Shown one piece after another: positions 1-14,003 of a DNA stretch of 64,000 nt (positions are counted from its first letter, which is position 1; each line of letters begins with the position of its first letter). The notes beneath the pieces are model-generated. The model was not told where the DNA came from. It did not search any database and saw only the letters and a list, made by a program, of their open reading frames with translations. Source of the DNA: Heptranchias perlo (Eukaryota); contig NC_090340.1 in the NCBI RefSeq assembly GCF_035084215.1, positions 15,376,001 through 15,440,000 on the forward strand, in the 5' to 3' direction. The translations under genes and the position numbers were made by a program.

Positions 1-200
1 CCTTTTTGACAAGAAGCTCCTTTTGATATCAGTTCTAAAAAGATAAATTAAGATTATTTTCAAATTCCGACGTACTCGTGCTATAATGCGGAGTTACTGT
101 AAATATGAACAGTAGTTCAACCAACCAAAGTTATCCCGACGTCTCCATTTAGGTAACGTCCGCCACAAATTAGAACTCTATGTTGCTTTTCATCTTGCAG

Positions 201-3200
201 ATCGTGACGGTAAATATCGTTACCTTTGGGGTGTTGGATGTGCGGTGGGTGAATTGGCGTTTCTCGTGCTCATAATCATCATTGGGACAAGATGCAATTT
301 GACGAATAAACGTAAGTGTTACCTTAATCGTCTTATTTTCAGAAAAATATTCAGAGGGATAGTTAGAGCGTCATGGGCGGCACAGCAGGAGAATAGTGCG
401 ATTGTTATTTAAAGGTGAAGGTGATATTATCTGATGCCAAAGGAATAGAGACCACCGCTTGCTGCAAATGGCACCGAATTCAGCATCGTACAATGCAAGA
501 ATCCTCACAGAATCATATTATAAAGAATCTGATTATCTGGATTTTAATAAGGGAAATTTCCACTTTGTGGCAGATAAGTGAAATCTGATCGATTGTTTGA
601 TCAATTTGCGGGTCCCTGACTATTTTGGGTAAAGTGGTGTCAGTGTCCAGTCGGTGTCGATGTGCACGACTGCTGATGGCTTCAGGGACTCGGATTTACA
701 ATACAATCCGGAAAATGTGATATCACTAAATAACTGCGACGAGGAAGACCATTCGGTCCATCCGAATTCATCCGCCCAGATGAAAATGTTCCCCCAATGT
801 AGAATCCAGCTGTTTGTTAAAGGATCCTCGGACATTTGCCTCCTTTGCCGTATCTGGAAGTTTATTCCACATGTTGATCGTTGAGAAGGAGAAATTCCTG
901 ACATCATTCTTAAAATTATCATTTACTACTTTTTACCAGTGTCCCCTAGTACAGCCCCTACAGTTAAATATTTAGCACTATAAGGGTACAGTAGTGTAGT
1001 GCTTATGGTACTGAACTTTTAATCCTGAGGCCTGGATTTATAATCCAGAGAAGGTGATTGAAACAGCGCCATGGCATTTCCAGAACTTGAAACCAGTTTT
1101 AAAATTTGGAAATAAAAAGCTGGTTTCAGTGAAAAAGCAAGTGACCGTGAAGCTGCCGGATTGTCATAAAAAGCCAAGTAATTCGTTAATGTCCTTTGGG
1201 GACGGAAACCTGCCGTCCTTACTCGGTCTGGCCTATATGAGACTCCAGTCCCACACCAATGTGGTTAACTCTTAACTGTTCTCTGAAGTGGTCTAGTAAG
1301 CTAATCAGTTGTCTCTAACTCAAGACAACTAAAGATGGAGAATAAATGCTGCCCTTGTTGACCACACCACATCCTGAGAATGAATAAAGCAAAAATGTGG
1401 GTTAACTTTATGCGCTTAACATTCTTATATATTTCCATAAGATCACTGCTCAGACGCCGCCTTTCCAGGCTAAAAGATCAAGTTTATTCAGGGTTTCTTC
1501 ATAACTCAGTTCCTTGACACTGGGAAACCAGCCTGGTGGCTCTTCTCTGCACTGGCGCTAGCGCTAACGCTTGTTCATCAGTGACCAAAACTGGTCGCAG
1601 TATTCAATGGTCCATGTGACCAGAGCACTGATGCCAGCTATTTATTTCCAAATTTTAAATACTGGTTTCAAGATCTCAAAATGCCATGGCGGTGTTTGAA
1701 TCACATTCCCTGGATTATAAATCCAGGCCTCTGGATTAAAAGTTCAGTAACATAAGCACTACACTACCGTACCCTTATAGTGCTAGATATTTAACTGTGG
1801 GGACTGAACTTGGGGACACTGGTAAAAAGTAGTAAATGATAATTTTAAGAATGATGTCAGGGATTTCTTCTTCACAACGATCAACATGTGGAATAAACTT
1901 CCAGTTACAGCAAAGGAGACAAATGTCCTAGTAACCTTTAACAAACAGCTGGATTCTACTTCGGGGAACATTTTCATCTGGGCGGATGAATTAAATTCTA
2001 TTGTTTTGCCTATGTAGTTCAACGTCGTATTGGTTTTGTCCACTGTTGCTCTGCTTGGATGGACATATGTTTAACGTCCAGTCTACTAAGACTCCGAAGT
2101 CTCTTTTAGTTCCATCCTTAGCTATTTCAATGCAATCCATGAAATACATGTATAGTTTAATATTCCTTCCCATCAGTCGTAATCTACTCTTCTCTGCATT
2201 GAATTTCATCTGCCATTGTTCTGCCCACCTATATATCTAAATTCATGTTAAGCTTAACATTGATTCTAAAAATACTTTTGAAAGCACAAACATGGAAACT
2301 GAATAAACATTTTAATCATTGAGTGTGATCAAATATCATTCATTCCCAGGTAAACAGGAAAGTGTAACAACATCGCACCACCATGAAGAGCTGGTAGGTT
2401 CATAACATTCATCCAGGAAGAGAGTTCGAATTTAAATAAATATTGTTATGGTGGAGATATTTATCATAAGCATTTGTCCCTCTTTGATGCGTCATTCAAA
2501 TCGTGTTTTGAGAATTATTTGGCACTTGTTGCGATGTTTGTGTAACTGGTTAAACAAATATTTTTTTAAAGTAGATTTGGTAACTTTATTCAACATTACC
2601 TAGGTAATAATTACTGGTAAATCCATCTAATCGTTGCTTTTGGCACCTGACATTACACGTCCAAGATTCTGAAATTATCTCTTGAAATCATATCTGTAAC
2701 ACCATATGGTAGTGAAAATCAACAGGTTGAAATGTCAGTTACAGTTGACACATTATTTAACGGCCTTAATATTCGCACATTTTTAAATATATTAACTGTG
2801 ATTTTATTCGTAGTCCCGATCATTCCGTGCAATATTTGATCAGCAGTCTGTAAACTGGCGAAGGCAATGAACTAGCCACATAACAAGACAATTTCCTTCT
2901 GGCCCATGCAGGGAGCACAGAATGAGATAGCGCCTTATGCTGCATTAGATTTGAGCAAAGCCAAGAAAAGCCCCGGACGTAAACGTGAAGAGGAGAGGGC
3001 AGCATACGCTCAGGTAGGACCGAGAAGCAGATAAGAGAAACATAGATCACCACCGTGGCACTAACATTCATGTAATAGTGGAGTATTTTGGATTGTGCTG
3101 ACTTTAACCGTGTATTGTATCTAAAGCTATTTGTGAGTTATTCGGATGACTATTTTGAGCAGCATTCCACAAACTAAAAAAAGACCAATCAACAATACTT

Positions 3201-3393
3201 CCAAACATTGGCTTTTCAGGTAAAACAAGGGAGAGCCCGTGACAAGCTGACGTACGCGACTCTAGAATTGTCTGGCTCCGGGAAAGCGGGGAAATCTAAA
3301 AATAACCGGAAAAGCACAGAATATGCCGAGCTGCAAACAAAAAGACAAGGAGGAGTAACAGAGTTCGTCGACACAGAAGCAAGGACCAAATAG
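201..3393 (+). CDS. Gene A (5'-partial): IgSF inhibitory receptor, SIRP-like tail; TM exon plus 3 cytoplasmic exons
   Basis: GT-AG exons 201-311 (TM: DRDGKYRYLWGVGCAVGELAFLVLIIIIGTRCNLTNK), 2350-2393 (RKQESVTTSHHHEEL), 2912-3013 (GAQNEIAPYAALDLSKAKKSPGRKREEERAAYAQ) and 3220-3393 (VKQGRARDKLTYATLE...STEYAELQ...ARTK*). They join in frame and match gene D exon for exon. The ectodomain exons would lie upstream of the window. Confidence 0.85.
765..1992. repeat. Long inverted repeat: arms 765-1131 and 1626-1992
   Basis: The ~367-bp arms are reverse complements with scattered mismatches, e.g. aattcatccgcccagatgaaaatgttcccc / ggggaacattttcatctgggcggatgaatt. Confidence 0.9.
984..1395 (+). mobile_element. 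tRNA-derived SINE with CR1-type tail
   Basis: tRNA-like head; body and AATAAATGCTG...GAATGAAT tail similar to 13532-14003. Confidence 0.7.
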
Positions 3394-3692
3394 TGATGCA
3401 CTCTTAGGCACATAAATCAGTTTACTGGTGTATATTAATTTATCCCGCAGCTATATCAACTCCATTGATATCAGTGGAAAAGAAAATCTGTCGGTTCCTA
3501 TAAAAGGTCGGATATCCGATGCAGCAGTTTACCGCCTAAGCATTGTCAGTGTGAATTATCCCCATGTGAATGTATATCCGTGTTGTCCAATCACCATGCA
3601 TCCGAGATGTAACACATTCCAGTTTCATGGTATATAATACACCTGTATATATAGTTTCATTATTTGGGGATTATTAGTCAGCAATTACTTGT

Positions 3693-3698
3693 AATAAA
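3693..3698 (+). terminator. Candidate polyadenylation signal of gene A
   Basis: AATAAA about 300 nt after the stop; gene D has one at a similar distance. Confidence 0.45.
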
Positions 3699-4699
3699 AA
3701 GCATTTTCAAGTTAAATCTGCATTATTTAATATACGACGCATCTATACTATTTCAATTATAATGATAGTCGAACTTTCATGCTGTGGTTACTTACATCAT
3801 GTATATGTATTCAATAAAGATGGATCTTTTACGTTCTCCTTGTTAAAAATCAACCATAATATATAAGTGATACTTACTTCTGGGAAAAAAACGGCACACA
3901 ACTGAGTTTTGACTTTACGCGCTGTGTCACTGTATTCCGGCTTCTGGACCAGCCGATGCTCCTGGAGCGGAGAGCAGGAAGTTTCAATCCATGGACTGGT
4001 CCATAAACTCTCTGAACTCAACTTCTGTATGACTGGTGACACAGTTGCCCGAACTCTGGGATGGCTATCGATTCCTTTCCGAAACGGTATTCCCAGACAA
4101 TCCACAGTCACCTCGAAGGGAACAGCCTTGATTATCCTCATGACGTCCAATTTTCAGAAGGAGAGTGAGGTTTGGGAGAGTTCTGAAACGAGCAATATAA
4201 ATTTTTCCGGGATTTATAATTTAACTTATGAGAAAACATATACTAAGCTAAATGTATTTTCGTTGTAGAGAAGCTTGAATAAACCACGATCTAAGCATTT
4301 AAAATATTGCAAGGCCTCGGCAATGGAAATATAAACAGGATAGTTGATTTAGATATTTAACATGCAATAGAGGTTCAACTTTAACAAGCCTCAATGAAGA
4401 AGGGAATAGAACTACATACACTCATTCCCTATAGAGTGGTTCCCTAGTCAGGAAAGAGATAACTCGTGGCTAAACTAAATTACAGGGTTAGAACATTGTG
4501 CAACTGTTACTGGAAGTACGGTAGCCCGGCTGTTCCAGTGATTAAGTCTTTGACTCCGAATTTAAAGACAATACAAGAGGAAGTGAATTAGTTGCCTCTT
4601 GCTTCGTGTAATGGTTGGGTGACTGTGTGCGTTATCAAGCAGGAGGATAGGACCAAAAGCAAGGGGTTTGGAATCCTCGAATGTTATAGCATAGAAACC

Positions 4700-5945
4700 G
4701 GACATTCGGCTCATAGATACTGCAACCTTGTTTTTCTCCACATGTACCACTTAGTTAATTCCACTCTCTTGTTCGATCTCCACAATGTTCAATATTCCTC
4801 TTTTTCATTCAGCTGCTTCCTATTGAAAAGGGGTTCTGCTTCAACAACGGAATACAGCAGTGAATTTCAAATTTTCATACTCTAACCATGGTCTATGTAA
4901 AAAGTATTTTATATTTCAATTTTAATTATTTGCGATTGTTAACTTTGCGCCCTCTTATCACCGTCCACGCGCCAGTGGTAATAATTTATCAGTATTACTT
5001 TATTACAGTCCTATACAACCTTGAAAACCTTTGTATGCTCACCCCTTAATCTTCTCAGCTCCATTCATGAAAGCCCTAGCTTCTCAAATTTCTCCTTAAC
5101 TTTAACCCCACATCCTTGGTAACATAGTCGTTAATCTATGCTGCAAGCCGTCAATTGTTTTTTTATCCTTCTTGTAATGGTGTGTTCGTTCCTGTACAGA
5201 ACACTCAATTACAGTCTAGCTAAAGTCAAATACAACATTAACTCTTTGTTTTTCTATTTTATGCCTCTACGGCATTTTGTAGCCTAATCTCCGTGCGGTG
5301 CCACCATTAATAACTTGCATGGTTGCACATCAAGATCACTACACCTCTGCACCATTTCAAATCCAACCATTTAAGGAGTGTTCTGTTTTTCCGTTTTATC
5401 TCCAAACATGAATTACTTCAAATTTCTCTGCCTTCTACATCTGCTACCTAACTGACCATCCAGCGATGTCTATCAATGCCCCCCTGTAGCATTTCAAAGT
5501 TCCATCCTAATTCTCCATTCTTCCCTTCTCATCAGATGACATCTTCAAATTTGGATGTTAATCCCTCAATTCCCACCAACCGATAATTTATGTGTATAAT
5601 AAATAAAAGCTGAGCCAACTCAGGTGGCTATAAAACATCATTCATCAAATACTTCCATTCCAAGAAGCTGCATTTTATCCCTATACTTTGTTTGCTAGCT
5701 TCCAACCATCGCTCTATCCTTGTGGCTAGATTCGCCTTACTCCATGTGGTGAGGGTCTCTTTTGTGATACTTTATCAAATGCATTTCGAAAGTCCATGTG
5801 AATCACATCCACAACCTTTCCTTTGTCTTTTCCCTCTGTTATTTCTTCAACGAATTCCCTAAGGGAAGCCAAGCACGATCTGCTATTTAGAAATCGGTGC
5901 TGGCTGGCCTTGATGAGCTCTTGTTTCTACAAGTGCCTGGCAGTT
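4700..5945 (-). mobile_element. Old CR1 LINE ORF2 3' fragment
   Basis: Degenerate RT-like sequence (DF.KAFDKV at about 5765-5800) resembling other CR1 copies in the window. Confidence 0.6.
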
Positions 5946-5969
5946 TTATCTAGATTGACACAGGGCGCA

Positions 5970-6392
5970 TTAAATGTAAGTAAATTTTCAACGACTAGGA
6001 TTATGTTTCAAATTAATTTCACATTCGATTTTCTCATCTAATAACTGCATAATGTTTGAAGAATAGTGTTTGAAGATTTTTTTGCTAACTAGTTAAACAA
6101 TTGTGACACATTCGTGAACAGTCAACGAGTGGGCGCTCAGCCAGCCCTGTGTTCTGAAAAAATGGAAACGATTAGCTGAAGATTTCGCCTTGTGTTTTTT
6201 GCTTTTCCAACAAATGTTGCGAAATATTGACACCGGCGCGTGGGTTTCTAAAGCTAAGTAAAGACACGGCTCATTTGCTCATCTCCGCTGTCGCAGTTCA
6301 AGTTTTAAATTTAGCTGTTAATTGCAACACTCTGAAAACTTATCGTGTGTTGCAACAATAGCAGTTATTACGCCTCGTGGTTCAGTGTAATT
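5970..6392. repeat. Non-coding block downstream of gene A, paralogous (inverted) to about 54237-54685 downstream of gene D
   Basis: Collinear matches, e.g. acattcgattttct, tgttgc(g/t)aaatattgacac, ctgaaaac, ttcagtgtaatt. Confidence 0.75.
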
Positions 6393-7559
6393 GCATCATT
6401 GGGCAATGCTCACATTTATTCATCTGTATACACGTTTCGGTACATTAAAACTGGCTAAACCACTGACACTTGGCTTAATTTAATGTACTGCAATACTGCA
6501 ATATTGATCACACGGGCTTCCAACTTGTAAGTTGTGGACAGCTGTCTAAAATGTCAAAAGTATTCCGTTAATGTGAAGCATATTTTATTCAATCGCCTTT
6601 TAATTGTAACAATTTTAAGAGGAGTGCTACTACTTAAAATTTTCCCCTGTCATATTGTTTTACACATTAGGAATGTGTGTTGTAGGCGACCAAGGAGTGT
6701 ATTGTGTATAGAACATCTTATGGGATATCTTGTCGTTCGACTTCATCCTCATCGTGAGCAGGACATGGGATAGAAGATAATTGTAATGTCACAGTAGGGG
6801 AAGTCTCATATAAAATCCGTGCTCCCAGACTGCCTTCAAGCAGCACTGTAACAGCACATAAATAGTGACCGAAGATAGCAGTCAGTGTATAGGTGTTTCC
6901 TTTGATAACACTAAAGGCTTAACCGACAGATTAGAAGAATGCGCTTCCCCTTTAAGAACACGCTGCCTTTGATTATGTTCAAAACGGTTGAAAAGTTAAG
7001 GAACATAAATAGAAACATGTATACAGACCAACACGCATGCACGTGTGATTACGTGCACGCACTCACACACACACACACCAAATTTATAGTTTCTGTGCAT
7101 ACTCAGTGAAAAAAAACACAACACTAGAGTATTAAAATGGGTATATAATAAAAATCAAATATCAATAAGAAAGGACAATCGTTATGGCAGACTCAAAGGG
7201 GGTAAAATTCAATTATTTCGTTATTTCTATCTTAACGCAGCACCAACTCGTTGTAATTTCTCACCCATCCTAATCAGAAATGTATTTATTTCACCGATTC
7301 TGTAGTCACGACGCTTGGTGCATTTTACAAGTTTGAGTCAGAACAAGCTGGGCTTTCGGTTATATGCTGTCCATGATTTCTAGACCTAAGAATCAGGACT
7401 CTGATTCCACACAAACGGCCGGCTACCCCGCTGCAGTTGATAACTTCGTCCCAGCTGATCGACGTGAACTGATTGTAGCGACTCCATGGAATATATTGTT
7501 GTCTATCGATAACACGTCATTTTTTTAGCACAGAGCTTGCTGAGGACAAGAGTTGGGTG

Positions 7560-10500
7560 GATCTGCTGAACGGATTGAATTGCAAACAGAGTGAGGACTT
7601 TAAAAATGGAAATTTGGTGAGTGTAGAAATTAACAAGAGGGGGTAGGAGGGCCTAAGTAATTTGTACCAAGGGGGAAAAGTAAATAAGCAAATTTATCAA
7701 TAAATAATCAGTAACTAATTCGCAGCAAGTGTCTCCGACTGCTCGAACTCAAGCTTAGGGTTTCTGAGCATGAGGAGAGAATGGAGTCACTGTAAGTCAT
7801 ACGGGAGGGTGAGAATTTCCTGGATCGCATGGTCCAGGAGGTGGTCACTCCGCAACCACAGAGAGGAGGATAGTAAGTCGGTGGTCATTGGGTGGGGTAG
7901 GAAGAGTTAGGCAGTGCAGGAATTCTCCGGGACTGTTGCACTCTCAATCCAGCTTTCAGTACTGAATACCGGTGAGGGTGACAACACCTCGGGGGAGTGC
8001 GGTCTAGAGCACATCCACGTTACCGTGGGGCATATGACTGCACGGGATGGGGGGGGGGGGTGGCACAGCAAAGCGTAGAAATGCAGTCCTCACAGGGGAT
8101 TCGATAGTCAGGGGGATAGACAGGCGTTTCAGCAACCACCGACGTGAGTCTTGCATGGTGTGTTGCCTCTCTGGTGCCAGGGCAAAGGACATCACTGAAC
8201 AAGTGCAGAACATTTTGCGTGGAAAAGGGGCACAGCTAGAAGCCGTGGTCCATGTTGAATCTATGGCATAAGTAGGAAAAGTGTTTCAGGAGCAAGGGTG
8301 AAAATAAAAGAGCAGGACTCAAAGGTAGTAATCTCTGGATTACTCCCAGTATCACGTGCTAGTGACTATAGGAACAGTAGGATAAGACAGGATAACGCCT
8401 GGCTGGAGAAATGGTGAAAGAGTGAGGACTTCAGATTCCTTGGGCACTGGGACCAGTTCTGGGCACAAGGGACCTGTACAAGAGGTTAGACCTCAACAGC
8501 GTTGGGACCAATATCCTTGTGGAGAGGTTAACTAGTGCTGTGGGGGAGGGTGTAAACTAATTTGGCAGTAGGATGTGCACCAGAATGAAGTATTAGAGAG
8601 GAGAAACAATGTGTACCGAGGACTGGGAGAGACAAACAGCATTAGAATAAAGAGTAGTTTAGAAATAGGAGGGGTCAGACGGGGGTAAATGCGTGGTAAT
8701 CTAAGGTGGGCCTGGAATGAATTTGTGTAAATGCACGGAGCGTAGCAAATAAAGTTGGTGAGCTTCAGGCACAAGTAGCTGCATGGGATTATGATATAGC
8801 AGCAATAACGGAAACTTAGCACAAACAAGGGGAGGAATGCGCACTTAATATTCCTGGCAACACGCTACTTAGCAAAGATAGGGAAAGAAAAAAATGAGGG
8901 GATGACAGTATTGATCAAAGATACTGCTCCAGCACTAGAAAGGGATGATGTACATGAAGGTTCAGAGACAGAATCTATTTGGTTCGAATTAAGGAACAAT
9001 AGAAGAATTATTATGCTGCTGGATGTATACTACAGGCCACCAAAAAAATGGGAAGGAGATAGAGGAACACATTTGCAGGCAACTTGCAGAAAGATGCAAG
9101 ATCTTTAGAGTAGTGATAATGGGGAACTTCAATTATCCTAATATAGACTGGTAAAATAGCACTGCAAAGGGCAAAGAGGGGGAGGAATTCTTGAAATGTG
9201 TACAAGAGAACTTCCTTCATCAGAATGTTTCCAGACCAACGAGGAAGAAAGCAGTGCCGGATGTGGTCTGGGGAATGAAGTGGGGCTAGTGGAGCATGTT
9301 CCAATGGGGCAGCACTTGGGAAACGGTGATCAAAGCATCATTGGGTTTAGAATAATTGTGGAAAAGGAAAAAGAAAGATCAAAGATGAAAATACTCAACT
9401 GGAGGAGAGCTAATTTCAGTGAGTTTAAAAAGGATCTGGCCCAGGTGGATTAGAATCAAAGATTGGCAGTTAAAACATTAAATGTGCAATGGGATACCTT
9501 CAAATCGGATATAGTTCGGGTACAGACTAGAAACATTTCCACGAGGGGGAAGGAAGGGCATCCAAAGCTAGAGCTCCCTGGATAATGAAAGATATATAGA
9601 TTAAAATGAAACAGGAAAAGGAGGCTTATGATAAATGCGAGGTTCATAATTCAGTAAAGAACCAAGCTGAATACAAAAAGTACAGAGGAGAACTGAAAAG
9701 GAAATAAGAGGGGTAAAGGGCGTGTATGAGAATAGATTAGCAGCTGACATATAAGGGAACACAAAAGTCTTTTATAAATATATAAACAGTAAAATAATAG
9801 CCAAATGAAGAGTTTGGCCAATTAGTGACCAAAAAGGCGATGTTCTTGTGGAGGCAGAGGGCATGGCTGAGGTAGTAAATGAGCACTTTGCGTCTGTCTT
9901 CACTAAGGAAGAGGATGCTGCCAGTGTAAGTAAAGGAGGAGGTAGGAGAGAAGTTGGATAAAATAAAAATGGACAAAAAGTAAGCAGGTAAAAGGTTGGC
10001 AGCGTCCATCAGATAAGTCACCTGCTCCAGAGGGGATGCATCCTATGTTGCTGAGGGAAGTAAGGGTGGAAATTGTAACGGCTCTGGCCACAATCTTCCA
10101 ATCATCCTTCGATATGGGTGTCGTGCCAAAGGACTGAAAGATTGGAAATGTTACGCCCCTGTTCGAAACAGGGGAGAAGAATAAACCCCGCAACTAGAGG
10201 CCAATCACCCTAACGTCAAAGGCGGGGAAACTTTTCGACACAAAAATCTGGGGCAGAATTAATTGGCACTTGGAAGAATTTGGTTAATAAATGAAAGCCA
10301 GCATGGATTTGTTAAAGGCAAATAGTGTTTGACTAACTTGATTGAGTTATTTGATGAAGTAATGGAGAAGGTTGATGTGGGTAGTGCAGCTGATGTTCTG
10401 TATATGAACTTTCAAAAGGTATTTGATAAAGTGCCACTTATTAGATTTGTTAGCACGATTGAAGCCCGTGGGATTAGAGGGGCAGTAGCTGCGAGGATAC

Positions 10501-11693
10501 GCAATTGGCTAAGGGACTGAGAGCAGAGAGCAGTGCTGAGCGGTTGTTGTTCAAACTGGAGGGAAGTTTGCAGTGATGTCCCCCAGGTGTCGCTGTTGGG
10601 TCTATTGCTCTTTTTGAAAAACAGTAATGACCTGGACTTGTGTATGCAGGGCATAATTTCAAAGTTTGCAGATGAAACTAAACTTGGAAATGTAGTAAAC
10701 GGTGAGGACGATAGTAAAAGACTCCAGGAGAACATAGGCAGACTGATGTAATGGGCAGACGCATGACAGATGAAATTCAACGCAGTGAAGTAGTTCATTT
10801 GGTAGGAAGAATGAGGAGAGGCAATATAAACCAAATGGTACAATTTTAAAGGGGGTTCAGCAACAGAGAGACCTGGGGGTGCACGTACACAAATCTTTGC
10901 AGGTGGCAGGACAAGTTGAGAAGGCTGTTAAAAAGGCATACGGGATCTTTGGCTTTCTAAATAGAGGCATAGAATATAAAAGCGAGAAACTAAACAATGG
11001 TTAGGCCCCAGCTGGAGCATTGCGACCAATTCTGGGCACCACAATTTAGTAAGGACGTCAAGGGCTTCGAAAGGATGCAGAGGAGACTTACTGGAATGGT
11101 ACCAGCGATTAAAGACTTCAATTACTTGGACAGACGAGAGAAAGTGGGGTTATTCTCCTTGGAGCATGGAAGGTTACAAGGAGATTTGAAAGAGGTGTTA
11201 AAAATCATGAAGGGTTTTGATGGAGTAAATAAGGTGAAACTGCTTCCAGTGGCAAACGGGTCGATAACCAGAGGATACATATTAAAGATAATTCGCAAAA
11301 GTACCAGAGGCGACATGAAGGGAAACATATTTACGCAGCGAGTTGTTATGATCTGGAATGTACTGCCTGATAGGATGGTGGACGGAGATTCAATAATAAC
11401 TTTCCAAAGGAAATTCGATCAATACTTGAAGGGAGAAATTTTCTGGGCAATGAGGAAAGAGCAGGGGAGTGAGACTAATTGGATAGCTCTTTCAAAGATC
11501 TGGCTCAGGCACGATGGGTTGAATGGCCTCCTTATGTGCTGTATCATTCTAGGATTCTATGATGAGCACAATGTGCACTTTTAAAGTGCAGTGCGACTTG
11601 CTTGATTGCTCTTGCATAGAGCCGGCACGGACTCGATGAGCCGAATGGCCTCCTTCCGCTCTGTAACCTTTCTATGATTCTATGATTCTATGA
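7560..11693 (+). mobile_element. Near full-length degenerate CR1 LINE (ORF1 SGNH/GDSL esterase, ORF2 EN-RT)
   Basis: LTGDSIVRGIDRRF (ORF1), VYYRPP (EN), NFQKVFDKVP and KFADETKL (RT), and a (TTCTATGA)n tail at about 11669-11693. Many stops. Confidence 0.9.
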
Positions 11694-13531
11694 AAACAAT
11701 AGAGAACGATGGTACTGTGACTGACTCCTTCCCGGCAGTATGAAGATTGTAGATGCAGCCGAGATCCTTTTGCTTTCAGTGGGAAACACAAGTGCTGATA
11801 TACAAATTGAGTCAGTGCAAAATATGGAAAAATGAGCACCGCGAGGGATCCCTTGGGAAATGTATTTTTTAACGTACTTTCACCTCACATTGCTGTCACA
11901 CTCAGTGCGGTGTCGAACCGAAGCCCTTTGAGACTAACTCCTCCAGGTCGGGCAAAAACTTGGATTCAAGCTGAAACTTTAGCCTGGCTGCCGAGCCGAA
12001 ACGATTTCACGGGGATGCGAAAGTTAGTAACAGTGGTTTACAGCCCACAGCTTATAATCTATGTTGGAGCCGAATATCCAGTTAGAAAATTCGAGGAAAA
12101 ACTAATACGTATTTTCCAAGATTCACAGATTCCTGCTAATCGCTACCTTTTTATTATAAATTTGCCAACAAGGAACCTCTCTTTGTTGGAGGAGGGAGTT
12201 CTTTTTAATTAATAAAGTACTTTTTAGGAATACATCTCCTTTCTGGTACATGGGTTACGCTGCCCATGCCCTGGTGTAATAATAAGTCATTTGGGCCGCA
12301 CTACTCTTTATAATTCAGGTTAGTAAGAAAGAATGTGCGTCATGGGACCAAAGCTTCCTGAATACAAACACCGGGACGCTTCTTGTACTATCTGGTTAAC
12401 TAAAAGTCAAAAGCTTGTTAATCAGCCTATCTCATTAATGATATGCTTATCGCAGCAGGAAATTCAGTCCCGCCTGTCAGCTAATGCAGTAAACTGAAGC
12501 TGCATGTATATTTAGCTTGCAACCGCAGACAATTAGATACGTGCAGATTTACATGTCCATTCATCAACAGTCAAATAAGCCTGCAGCGGCTCCACTTTTG
12601 CAAACAGAAGTCAGATTAAACTTACTTTCACAAATATCTAGGAAACGTACTCTTGGTACACATGCACCCTGATAATTATCTGAGCAAGTGCTTTATCTAT
12701 GATCGTTGGACTATTTTACCGTTTGAAGTTTTTACCGTAAAGTATGAAGAGCTGCACCCGTTGATATTGTGACCAGCGGCATCAGGTTGTCTTTTTAGCC
12801 TTGGAGTTACATAGGTCTTACAAACAACTTGCTGATGGCTCAGAGGAAAATGATCCCCGAGGTGCAGTACTGAGTCATGCAGAACAGGAAGGTCACTTTT
12901 TCCAATCCCTGTTGAAATAGATTCGAGGCAGTGGGGTTCTGCAGCCAACCTCAGCTGTCGTGACCTCCGCTTGATGTTCGAGCATAGAGTAGATAAAGCC
13001 GAGATGAGATAGTTCCTACCAACTGATTATCAACTAATGGACTGGAGAAAGAAAAATGTCATCTGTGGAGCTAAAACTCCGACGCGCTAATGTCATCCCT
13101 AAGATTAAATAAATCACTGGAGCATTCATCGGCCTACATTGCAAGCAATGGTGTCGATACAAAGCGATTGTTACATTTTGGGTTATTTTGCCTTTTTACG
13201 CTCTCTCTCTTTCTCTTCCTCTCTCTAGCTTCAGCCTACGATCTGCAGTTGGTTATCCAACCATGCTGGGCTTCCATCTTTGCGTCTGTAGATGGAATCA
13301 GCCTGACATTTCTATTGTTTATGAGCCATATTTATGGTTCTAGCAAATTAAAAAGTGTCTATCTGTAACACTAAGGATAGGGTGTGAATGCACCCTCACT
13401 TTGGTAGAATTTGACACGCAGTTGGATGTAAATTCAGGGCAGTATCAATCCTAGTGTACAGAATGCGCATATTTAAAGAGGACGGGCTTCTCGTTATCAA
13501 GCTTCTTGAGCATTCGAATTGTTTAATTGTT

Positions 13532-14003
13532 GGTAGCATAGTGGTTATGTTACTGGACTGATAAACCAGAGATATGAGTTCAAATGGGCCATGGCAGCTG
13601 GGGAATTTAAATTCAGTTAATTAAATAAAATCTGGAATAAAAAGCTAGTATCAGTAATGGTGACCACGAAGCTACCGGATTGTCGTAAAAACCCAATTGG
13701 TTCACTAATGTGCTTTAGGGAAGGAAATGTGCCGCATTTACCCGGTCTCGCCTATATGTGACTCCAGACCCATAGCAATGTGGTTGATTCATAACTGCCC
13801 TCTGAAATGGCCCATCAAGCCACTCAGTTGTACAACCCCGTTACAAAAAGATATAATACCTAACAGCACTGTGAGAGTATCTTCACCCGGACCTCAGCGG
13901 TTCAAGAAGGCTGTTCACCACCACCTTCTCAAGGGCAATTAGGGTTGGGCAATAAATGCTGGTCTTGCCAGCGACGCCCACATCCCATGAATGAATTAAA
14001 AAG
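13532..14003 (+). mobile_element. tRNA-derived SINE with CR1-derived 3' end
   Basis: A/B-box-like head. The tail GGGCAATTAGGG..GGGCAATAAATGCTGG..CCCATGAATGAAT is shared with the young CR1 family. Confidence 0.75.

Noticed and set aside
984-1080. tRNA gene
   Set aside because: tRNA-derived SINE head followed by a SINE body; no intact cloverleaf.
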